Below, one piece after another: positions 39,035 to 46,565 of a DNA stretch of 64,000 nt. The stretch lies in the IMG/VR virus record IMGVR_UViG_3300033984_000473, positions 168,932 to 232,931 of that record; one strand, written 5' to 3'. Under the pieces are notes generated by a model. The model was not told where the DNA came from. It searched no databases and saw only the letters and a program-made list of their open reading frames with translations. The position numbers were made by a program, and so were the translations under genes. Within the stretch, counting starts at the first letter, position 1. The number at the start of each line of letters is the position of its first letter.

Positions 39035-39801
39035 TCTGTTTCTTTATCTTTTTCTTTTCTTTTATTGTATAACCAAACACCAAATGGTATTATCAACGTG
39101 CTTAATATCCATTGCCAATATTTACCTAAGAATAATGGGATTGTTTTAGCTGGATTTGATTTGATTTGTATATTATCAATATACACTGTTTCTTTCCTAT
39201 TACCATTTTTTATAATCGCAATAACAATTTTTAACTTAGCACTACCACTTTTTAATGGTGTTACATTCCAACTCCATTTTGTAATCTCATCACCGTCTTC
39301 AATCAATTGTACAGCATCATTATCTGGAACAATTGAGAATGCTTTATCATCTATTGGTGATGGGTCGACTAACTTAACATCCATAGTTTCAGTTATGGGA
39401 ATGGTAGTTGTTTTTACAACACCATCTAAATCTTCATAAATATTTACTGTAGTTTTAGATATTACCAAGGATACTTGATAGGTATCTCTAACGTTCATGA
39501 TTGTTGGAACATGATACGCTACGTGACCTTTATTTGTTGTAGTTTTTGTGTGATTATTTTTAATCTCGATTATTTGTATTTTTGAGTTTTTAATAATCGG
39601 TTTTGATGATTCTGAAGGAGTTGTTTTAGGTGTGATTACATCTGCACTAGTTCTTTTAATTTCTAGCATTTCAACATCAGACACGTTCATAATACTGTCA
39701 GTGTTAGATACTTCCATTGGTAATGGTTCAACCGATTTGGTTGGTTTTGAAGTCTTACACGACACCATTAAAACTAATATTAATAATACTAAATATTTCA
39801 T
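39031..39801 (-). CDS. lipoprotein with C-terminal TM helix
   Basis: Lipobox MVSC; WQWILSTLIIPFGVWL. Confidence 0.7.
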   Translation of the reverse strand: MKYLVLLILVLMVSCKTSKPTKSVEPLPMEVSNTDSIMNVSDVEMLEIKRTSADVITPKTTPSESSKPIIKNSKIQIIEIKNNHTKTTTNKGHVAYHVPTIMNVRDTYQVSLVISKTTVNIYEDLDGVVKTTTIPITETMDVKLVDPSPIDDKAFSIVPDNDAVQLIEDGDEITKWSWNVTPLKSGSAKLKIVIAIIKNGNRKETVYIDNIQIKSNPAKTIPLFLGKYWQWILSTLIIPFGVWLYNKRKEKDKETE

Positions 39802-39830
39802 ATCTATAAATATGTAGTTTTATATAAAAG

Positions 39831-39919
39831 TGCGGAGAGAATGGGGTTCGAACCCATGCGGCCCTTACGAACCCTACTTGTTTAGCAAACAAGCCCCTTA
39901 ACCACTTGGGTACCTCTCC
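39831..39919 (-). tRNA. tRNA-Ser(GCT)
   Basis: Loop TTGCTAA, long variable arm, G73. Confidence 0.93.
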
Positions 39920-39922
39920 AAT

Positions 39923-39996
39923 TGTACCCCTACAGGGACTCGAACCCCGATACTGGCCTTAGAAGGGCCATGTCCTATCCATTGAACGATAGAGGC
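39923..39996 (-). tRNA. tRNA-Arg(TCT)
   Basis: Loop CTTCTAA. Confidence 0.93.
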
Positions 39997-40006
39997 ATAT
40001 ATTTAG

Positions 40007-40080
40007 TGACCACGATAGGATTCGAACCTATACTCTCACGGGTCGTAACCGTGTGCTTTATCCAGTTAAGCTACGTGGCC
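40007..40080 (-). tRNA. tRNA-Arg(ACG)
   Basis: Loop TTACGAC. Confidence 0.93.
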
Positions 40081-40084
40081 AATT

Positions 40085-40161
40085 TGGTAGGGATAACAGG
40101 ACTCGAACCTGTGTCTATGCCTTATGAGAGCACCGTAAGAAACCAACTCTACCATATCCCC
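40085..40161 (-). tRNA. tRNA-CAT (elongator Met, or Ile2)
   Basis: Loop CTCATAA, encoded CCA. Confidence 0.85.
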
Positions 40162-40317
40162 AATTGTTTATTCTTTTCAATCGCTTTTTTAATTCTTGCA
40201 ATTTCTTCTGGACTTGGATTTCTATTTACGGTATATGTTATACCATTTTTATCCATGTAACCATAAAGACGTTGCATATCAGCTTCACTTGTCTTTTCCA
40301 TTTTGTTTTATTTTTAG

Positions 40318-40389
40318 AGGGCTGGGAGAATATTGAAATCTCGACCCGCTGCCTAACAAACAGCCGCTCTGCCTCTGAGCTACCAACCC
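40318..40389 (-). tRNA. tRNA-Asn(GTT), divergent (U73)
   Basis: Loop TTGTTAG. Confidence 0.8.
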
Positions 40390-40395
40390 TTATTT

Positions 40396-40471
40396 TGCTC
40401 CCCAGCTAGGACTCGAACCTAGGACCCTCGCATTAACAGTGCGATGCTCTAACCAACTGAGCTACTGAGGA
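40396..40471 (-). tRNA. tRNA-Asn(GTT)
   Basis: Loop CTGTTAA, G73. Confidence 0.95.
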
Positions 40472-40481
40472 ATTTATTTAG

Positions 40482-40555
40482 CTCTTCTGGCTGGATTCGA
40501 ACCAGCAACCCTCACCTTAACAGGGTGTCGCTCTAACCATTGGAGCTACAGAAAA
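40482..40555 (-). tRNA. tRNA-Asn(GTT)
   Basis: Loop CTGTTAA, G73. Confidence 0.9.
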
Positions 40556-40607
40556 ATTTATTACCAGCCAAATCTATATCTAAAACACATCATTTGGCTG
40601 ATGTTAT

Positions 40608-40683
40608 TGTGGTCCAGCTAGGACTCGAACCTAGGACCTTCACATTATGAGTGTGCCGCTCTAACCAACTGAGCTACAAGACC
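40608..40683 (-). tRNA. tRNA-CAT (probably Ile2, lysidine type)
   Basis: Loop CTCATAA, Ile-like body. Confidence 0.85.
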
Positions 40684-40693
40684 ATTATTTTAG

Positions 40694-40767
40694 TAGGCAA
40701 CACGAGAGTCGAACTCGTAACCTCTTCGGTATCAGCGAAGTGCTCTAACCAGTTGAGCTAGCTGCCT
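40694..40767 (-). tRNA. tRNA-Ile(GAT)
   Basis: Loop CTGATAC. Confidence 0.93.
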
Positions 40768-40778
40768 ATGTTGGAAGT

Positions 40779-40973
40779 CTATGACTTCCATTGTGTTTTT
40801 CTAGTGTGTTTCCACGTTCTAAATTCTCTCCATTTGTGGTTTTCAATGTTTCCATGATTCCACGTCCACCCTTCTTCATAATACGGTGGATACAACTCCA
40901 ATAAGAGAATTCTTCTGTAATCTTTTGAGCAAGTTGCTTTTTTAAACTTTGCTCTGCTTACGTTTACACTCAT
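40779..40973 (-). CDS. small basic hypothetical protein
   Basis: 64 aa, ends RTWKHTRKTQWKS. Confidence 0.6.
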   Translation of the reverse strand: MSVNVSRAKFKKATCSKDYRRILLLELYPPYYEEGWTWNHGNIENHKWREFRTWKHTRKTQWKS

Positions 40974-41042
40974 AACTTTTCAGTCTATTGTTTAGTAGAC
41001 CTCAAAGCATATCAAATTCTTTTTTCATTTCCAATATTTTAG

Positions 41043-41113
41043 CACGCCCAAAAGGATTCGAACCTTTATCAACGGTTTTGGAGACCGTCATGCTACCGTT
41101 GCACCATGGACGT
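41043..41113 (-). tRNA. tRNA-Trp(CCA)
   Basis: Loop CTCCAAA. Confidence 0.93.
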
Positions 41114-41120
41114 ATATTAT

Positions 41121-41215
41121 TTGTTACGAAGGGATTCGAACCCTTACACTCTCCTTGAGTTACCGTTTTCTCTACAGCAGTCAGTACCCAGTTTACTCTT
41201 TTGACTCACATAACA
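41121..41215 (-). ncRNA. tRNA-like RNA with acceptor and T arm only
   Basis: TGTTATG/CGTAACA and AAGGG TTCGAAT CCCTT; D and anticodon arms replaced by a TGAGT/ACTCA-closed domain. Confidence 0.5.
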
Positions 41216-41219
41216 AATT

Positions 41220-41307
41220 TGGGTGAAAGACGGGGCTCGAACCCGCAAGGACATTCCTGTCATCTGGCTCACAACCAGACTCGCTACCATTACGTACTAC
41301 AGTCACC
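41220..41307 (-). tRNA. tRNA-His(GTG) with long variable arm
   Basis: G-1/C73, loop TTGTGAG, variable hairpin GACA-GGAA-TGTC. Confidence 0.75.
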
Positions 41308-41316
41308 ATGTATTTC

Positions 41317-41949
41317 TTATACTCGACCTAATCTCCAATTATCTGGGATTAAATAATCTTTTTTAATCTTTTTATTTTCACTACCATTTGTTACCCATCG
41401 ACTACCAAATTGTGAATTTGTTTCACCAGTTCCAGTACCTTTTTTTACTTTAGACATTATTTGTTTAGATTCTTCACTGTGTGTTTCACCTTCCCAATTT
41501 TTAATCCAATTTTTATCTCTAGTACCATCTAAATATTCTAATGTTCTCGCTGTTGATAATTTATTACTTTTTTTTTCTACCCATTCTGGGTCTTGTCTTA
41601 AAAACTTTTGTTTTTCGTTTGATTTAATCGCATTCAATTTTTGTTGTTCCGAGCTAAACCCACCAGTACCACCTTCTCTAAGGTTCATACATAAATCTTC
41701 TGAAATCAACTCTTTAGTAACAATCTCAATCTCTCTAAGAACTAACTCTTCCCTTGTTGGTAAAAACTCAAGTATTTCTTTTGTATGGTTTTCAATACCA
41801 TGTTTTCTTATTGAATATCTTAATCTTTTACCGCTTCCCATATAACCATCTTCCAGATTATACGCACTATGCATCCCTACATAATACCTTCCCGTTACAT
41901 TACATGTTGTTTTATATATGTAATGTATGTTTCTTTGTTTTCTTGCCAT
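41317..41949 (-). CDS. GIY-YIG homing endonuclease (paralog of 11729-12400)
   Basis: YKTTCNVTGRYYVGMHS shared with the paralog. Confidence 0.9.
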   Translation of the reverse strand: MARKQRNIHYIYKTTCNVTGRYYVGMHSAYNLEDGYMGSGKRLRYSIRKHGIENHTKEILEFLPTREELVLREIEIVTKELISEDLCMNLREGGTGGFSSEQQKLNAIKSNEKQKFLRQDPEWVEKKSNKLSTARTLEYLDGTRDKNWIKNWEGETHSEESKQIMSKVKKGTGTGETNSQFGSRWVTNGSENKKIKKDYLIPDNWRLGRV

Positions 41950-42008
41950 TTCTCTTTCTTTCTAAATAAATATCTTAAGAAAGAGAAAAGTACAAAAAAG
42001 TTTAAGAG

Positions 42009-42083
42009 GGTGGTATATCGGGTTCGAACCGATGACCCTCGGCACCACAAGCCGATGCTCTAACCAACTGAGCTAATACCACC
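42009..42083 (-). tRNA. tRNA-His(GTG)
   Basis: G-1/C73, loop TTGTGGT. Confidence 0.93.
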
Positions 42084-42088
42084 ATATT

Positions 42089-42180
42089 TGCGGAGAGAGT
42101 GGGACTCGAACCCACACATCCTTTTACAAACCCTCGGTTTTCAAGACCGCTGCCGCTAGGCCAACTCGGCTTACCTCTCC
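42089..42180 (-). tRNA. tRNA-Ser(TGA)
   Basis: Loop CTTGAAA, variable arm, G73. Confidence 0.9.
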
Positions 42181-42188
42181 GTATTATT

Positions 42189-42368
42189 TTATTCTTCTTT
42201 TTTAATCTCTACAAAGACTACTGTAAATCCACCTTCTTTTTGGAATCTTAATTCTCCATGATATCCGCTGGCATCTGCTATCTTTCTATACTTGTCAACT
42301 ATTAGGTCGAAATCTTTCATCAAGTTAACAGTTTTTTCTTTTCCTAAATTTCTTACTAATTCTCTCAT
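42189..42368 (-). CDS. small hypothetical protein (59 aa)
   Basis: MRELVRNLGKEKTVNL...VEIKKEE; first gene after attenuator 3. Confidence 0.55.
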   Translation of the reverse strand: MRELVRNLGKEKTVNLMKDFDLIVDKYRKIADASGYHGELRFQKEGGFTVVFVEIKKEE

Positions 42369-42379
42369 AGCTGTAAAAT

Positions 42380-42414
42380 AAAAAACCCGACTTAGCTTTT
42401 GACTAGTCGGGTTT
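42380..42414 (-). terminator. attenuator terminator of tRNA array 3
   Basis: AAACCCGACTAG-TCAAAAG-CTAAGTCGGGTTTTTT. Confidence 0.85.
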
Positions 42415-42435
42415 GTTCGTTATATGTGATTACGG

Positions 42436-42537
42436 TTATACTTCCGTACCACCTTCACAATTAAACATACCCGACACTTGGTGACTATTGCGTCTCCAAT
42501 TCGAAATCGATATCATATGTATGTTAATTGTTCTCAT
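42436..42537 (-). CDS. leader peptide 3, MRTINIHMISISNWRRNSHQVSGMFNCEGGTEV
   Basis: 16 consecutive I/N/H/M/S/W/R codons; GTCGGGTATGTT complementary to the terminator 5' arm. Confidence 0.85.
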   Translation of the reverse strand: MRTINIHMISISNWRRNSHQVSGMFNCEGGTEV

Positions 42538-42555
42538 TTTTGTTTTTTTATTTGT

Positions 42556-42666
42556 TTATTTTCTTTTTACTGTTGTTCTTTTTACTTGAACTGTTTTTCT
42601 ACTATTTGTGTTACCTTTTCTTGTTTCGATAACTCTAGTATGTGCTACTCTCTTATGTGTCGCCAT
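42556..42666 (-). CDS. small basic peptide (36 aa)
   Basis: MATHKRVAHTRVIETRKGNTNSRKTVQVKRTTVKRK, between promoter and leader 3. Confidence 0.5.
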   Translation of the reverse strand: MATHKRVAHTRVIETRKGNTNSRKTVQVKRTTVKRK

Positions 42667-42789
42667 TTACTATTTGATTATAAATATGTCGTTATCTTTA
42701 AAAGTTATACAAAGGTACTACATTTATTTTGATTTGTCAAGCTTTTTTTTAATTATTTTTAAAATAATTTATAAATCTTTGATAATCAG

Positions 42790-44013
42790 TTATCTACAAT
42801 TTACACCTCTAAGACCAAACATTGTACTTCCTAATGGTGAATATGTCTTTAATTGAATAGGATTCTTAACATCAGCTTCAACTGTAGCTATTGATGGTGG
42901 TTTAATTGTATAGAATAAGTAATCAGTTTGACCGCCAGCCCATAGTTTTTTTAGTTTATCTAAACCTTCTTTAACTTCTCTTCTAGTGTCTTTTTCTACC
43001 TTAAGATTTTTATCATGTAATATAAAGTCAATCAATTCTTCGTAGCTACCAAAGTGTTTAACATCTTGGTCTACATTTTCAAAAGCTTTTGAATTTTTGT
43101 TTGCAACGTATAATTCACTTAAGTTAGCAATATATAATGGTGTATAGTTCCATTCTTTAGCGTAAAGGTTTTTATCAGCATAGTACCTTGTATCAAAAAT
43201 AACGTTACCGTCTTTGATTAGCTCTAATCTATCTGGAATAGAACCAGGAGTCATCTCAAATGAACCGTTTCCAGTTACTGTAACATTATTGCTAATAAAA
43301 TCATTAGCCTGTGTTGCTATTCTACCTTTATTTTTGATTGAACCTAACGCACATGGTGTTGTTCCAGCATCAAACACTTCTACTGTTACATATTGGTGTT
43401 CAGTATATTTTGAATCATCTCTATTATCTTCACCCCATTCTGGACCACCAACAACAGCATCAACCTTAACTTCAACATTATCCATGGGTACATTTGTTAA
43501 AATTAAATCTTTTAGTATATCAGCACGTTTTTGTGCTAATTCTCCTTCTCCAAATCCTTGTTGATTTGGGACCTTAGATTCTGAAGCTGTAATATAGATT
43601 ACATAATTGGTATCTGGGTTGCTAGCTATATAGTTTTTAATCTTATTGATATTCTCTTTTTGATAATTACTTTTTAGATGGAATCTACCACTTTCAAAGG
43701 AATTGCTGAAGTTTACAGTTAATAAAGACTTGGATTTGGTTGATGAACCCATGTTGAACGGATTTACAGCTTTGGCCGCTGGTTTAGGTGTTGGAGCTTG
43801 TTGTGTTGTCGGAGCTGTTTGAGTTGGAGCTGTTTGTTGAGCATTGGCACCGATTCCACCACCTAAAGAAGCCAAACCAGCAGCTAAATTGGTTTTCCAA
43901 TCTTCTTCTAGTTCAGATGTGTTTTCGTTCACCATATCCTTTGAATTCAAATATCTTTGTTCGGATAATAAGTTAACCTTATTGATATTTAATTTCTTAT
44001 CAAATCTTCTCAT
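42790..44013 (-). CDS. hypothetical protein with OmpA-like central domain
   Basis: F.SG..L, ASESKVPN, LAQKRA, QYVTV; late motif upstream. Confidence 0.65.
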   Translation of the reverse strand: MRRFDKKLNINKVNLLSEQRYLNSKDMVNENTSELEEDWKTNLAAGLASLGGGIGANAQQTAPTQTAPTTQQAPTPKPAAKAVNPFNMGSSTKSKSLLTVNFSNSFESGRFHLKSNYQKENINKIKNYIASNPDTNYVIYITASESKVPNQQGFGEGELAQKRADILKDLILTNVPMDNVEVKVDAVVGGPEWGEDNRDDSKYTEHQYVTVEVFDAGTTPCALGSIKNKGRIATQANDFISNNVTVTGNGSFEMTPGSIPDRLELIKDGNVIFDTRYYADKNLYAKEWNYTPLYIANLSELYVANKNSKAFENVDQDVKHFGSYEELIDFILHDKNLKVEKDTRREVKEGLDKLKKLWAGGQTDYLFYTIKPPSIATVEADVKNPIQLKTYSPLGSTMFGLRGVNCR

Positions 44014-44043
44014 ATTCTTTTTAATATAAATATCAATTTTATA

Positions 44044-44490
44044 TTAAAAATCATATTTTTCTACTGTTACGTAAACTTGGTCAGTTGTCGCAACTAGCGT
44101 TCTTCTTTTTAGCCAATCATCTAAGTTATTCAACCCTTTAAACTGTTGTCCCCAGATATAATCAACACCAAGAGTTTTAGGTATGTTTTTTAATTTGTTC
44201 CCCCAACCCTGTCCTCTGATTGATTCATCTATTGCTAATAATACACCTTCAACACCTACTAAATTTTCAAATTGTGGGTCGTTGGTAAATTCGGTTACTT
44301 GATGATTACCTAACACATAAACTCCAATGATTTTATCTTCATAGTCTATCATAAATGATTGTTCCCAATCACTTACATGTCGCATATAAGAATAAAAATC
44401 TTCTTCAGCCATCAAATGACTAAAAAATGGGTATGAAAACGATAAAGCTTCTTTGATTCTTTCTTGTGGTATTCCTTGTCTAATATTCAT
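44044..44490 (-). CDS. GNAT acetyltransferase
   Basis: LAIDESIRGQGWGNKL motif A. Confidence 0.75.
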   Translation of the reverse strand: MNIRQGIPQERIKEALSFSYPFFSHLMAEEDFYSYMRHVSDWEQSFMIDYEDKIIGVYVLGNHQVTEFTNDPQFENLVGVEGVLLAIDESIRGQGWGNKLKNIPKTLGVDYIWGQQFKGLNNLDDWLKRRTLVATTDQVYVTVEKYDF

Positions 44491-44956
44491 TTACTATTAC
44501 TTCAAAAAATTGATAATCTCTAGGCATCCAAATATGATTTAGTTGTTCTATATCATATTTTATTATACCTAACCATGGGTCAAGTATATCGAAAACATCA
44601 CCGTTATAACCATTGGCTATTATCCAGTGAGGCATTCCTTTTGTGATTGTTCTAATTATTGGAATATTACCAGAATCAATCACTTTTTTTAACAAATCAA
44701 ATGGTCGTTTGGAATGAATGTATTCGATATACTCCATTCTCAAAGCTTTCATGCCTTTTTCCATTCTATCTGGTGGTGTTCCAACAATCCAATCGGTTCC
44801 ACACGCTTCTGCGATACCTTCTACAGTATCCGAAATCTCCACATCAAATGGTAAATCATTTGGGTGATTTAACATATAATTTAGAGCCATGTATAAACAT
44901 GTTGGTCCGCAAGTGTTTCCTGTTGGTTGTGGGAAATGATTAATCGTAATCTTCAT
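44480..44956 (-). CDS. peptidase C39-like cysteine protease
   Basis: Q..NTCGPTC, HWIIANG, ILDPW. Confidence 0.8.
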   Translation of the reverse strand: MKITINHFPQPTGNTCGPTCLYMALNYMLNHPNDLPFDVEISDTVEGIAEACGTDWIVGTPPDRMEKGMKALRMEYIEYIHSKRPFDLLKKVIDSGNIPIIRTITKGMPHWIIANGYNGDVFDILDPWLGIIKYDIEQLNHIWMPRDYQFFEVIVNEY

Positions 44957-45320
44957 CTTCGTTGTTATCGGTATAATATCCTTCGTCCTCGTCTTCTTCA
45001 TCATCATCGTATTCATCTTCTTCTCCGATAACTTCACCTAAATAATCTTCTGTAATAAAAAACCCAAATTCACTATCAAATAGTTTCTTGAATGTTTTTA
45101 CTTCGTCTGCTGTTATTTCAGTAAAATCAACTCTAGATAAAAGGTCTTCACCACTGGTAAAGTTTAATTCAGAACCGTCACTAAATTCATAGGTGAACGG
45201 CCATGTGATGCTAGATGCTAATTGTTCGTAATTTAATACTTCTCTGTCGTTCATGATTACGAAACCGTTGAGTTCGATGTCATCTGACCAATCGTTAAAT
45301 GTTGCTAAAAATTTTGCCAT
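44940..45320 (-). CDS. acidic hypothetical protein
   Basis: D/E-rich tail. Confidence 0.7.
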   Translation of the reverse strand: MAKFLATFNDWSDDIELNGFVIMNDREVLNYEQLASSITWPFTYEFSDGSELNFTSGEDLLSRVDFTEITADEVKTFKKLFDSEFGFFITEDYLGEVIGEEDEYDDDEEDEDEGYYTDNNEDEDYD

Positions 45321-45368
45321 AGTTAATATTTTTAAATAAATATACCCATGGCAAAATAAAAATAAAGT

Positions 45369-46529
45369 TTATTTGTTTAATAATTGTTTAAAGTTTTCAG
45401 TTTCCATTTGTTGAATCCTTTGACCCAACTCTGGTCCAGGTTTTAAGTCTGTATCCATCATTACTTCTGGTCCCGTAACTGTTAACTGAAACTTTAAGAA
45501 TGCGTCTAATAACTTAGAGTCAATTCCACGCAATTTGCCAAACATTTTAATCTGCTCTGGAGTTACACCAGCGTGCTTCTCAGCTTTTTTAAGTGTTACA
45601 GCTGTATCTACTGATAATTGTAACAAAGCAATTAAAAATGTTATTGCTTTTACTTCTTCTGCTGAGTATTTCAAGTTGTTTAGTTGTTTTCTCAAAGAAT
45701 CTAAGTTGTTTCTTTTCAATATCGTAGCAATTACGATTATTGGGTCGTTATTCTCAACAAAATCCTTATCAACTGCCAATCCATTGAAAACCCAGTCGAA
45801 CAATTTGTAACCATCAATCATTTGTAAGAATTTCTTAACCGATTTTGCCGAAGCAATACCTTTAAGGAATTCATCACGAATTCTCTCACCAGAAATACCC
45901 TCAAGACTAGCATCTTTAACCAACGCAGCGTGTGTATCTGGGTCTAAGTCACTTCCGAACCTTCCAGCAAATCTAATCGCTCTAAGGATACGCAAACGGT
46001 CTTCACCAAATCTATCTTCAGCAGCACCTACAGTTCTTACTATACCTTTTTTAAGGTCATCTACACCACCAACTAGGTCAACTATTTCATGTGTATCAAT
46101 ATCGTAAAACAAAGCGTTAATTGTAAGGTCACGTCTTTTAACATCACCAGCGATATCCGTAAAGCTAACAGCATCTGGTCGTCTACCACCAGACAAATCT
46201 TCACGGAATGTTGCCACTTCGTATTCGCCTTGGTCTGTAAACACATTGATTACACCAAAAGACTTACCTGTTGGTAAAGTTTTCAATCCAGCGTGTTTCA
46301 TCATTTCTTCTACTTTGTCTGGGACAGCATCGGTTGCTAAGTCGTAATCTTTAGGAGTTTTACCTAACAAAGCATCACGCACAGCACCACCTACAACATA
46401 CAACTTAAAACCGTTCGTTTTAAAAACGTCTTTGATTCCTTGTATATCTTCTGGGATTGGAATATCGAATTTGATTCGCTGTTCCATTATCTGCCCTTCT
46501 CTTAGTATTTGTCTAATCTCATTTTTCAT
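45369..46529 (-). CDS. cca: CCA-adding tRNA nucleotidyltransferase
   Basis: VGGAVRD..KDYD, RRDLTINA, EDRLRILRAIRF, ERIRDE. Confidence 0.92.
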   Translation of the reverse strand: MKNEIRQILREGQIMEQRIKFDIPIPEDIQGIKDVFKTNGFKLYVVGGAVRDALLGKTPKDYDLATDAVPDKVEEMMKHAGLKTLPTGKSFGVINVFTDQGEYEVATFREDLSGGRRPDAVSFTDIAGDVKRRDLTINALFYDIDTHEIVDLVGGVDDLKKGIVRTVGAAEDRFGEDRLRILRAIRFAGRFGSDLDPDTHAALVKDASLEGISGERIRDEFLKGIASAKSVKKFLQMIDGYKLFDWVFNGLAVDKDFVENNDPIIVIATILKRNNLDSLRKQLNNLKYSAEEVKAITFLIALLQLSVDTAVTLKKAEKHAGVTPEQIKMFGKLRGIDSKLLDAFLKFQLTVTGPEVMMDTDLKPGPELGQRIQQMETENFKQLLNK

Positions 46530-46565
46530 AATGCAAAGGTAATGAATTTATTTTTAATACGCAAA

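Noticed and set aside
39922-40409. Plus-strand ORFs across tRNA arrays (also 12728, 13857, 48245)
   Set aside because: Antisense to tRNA genes
42556-42666. K/T/R/V-rich peptide as a fourth attenuator leader
   Set aside because: No terminator or matching Lys/Thr tRNAs follow it
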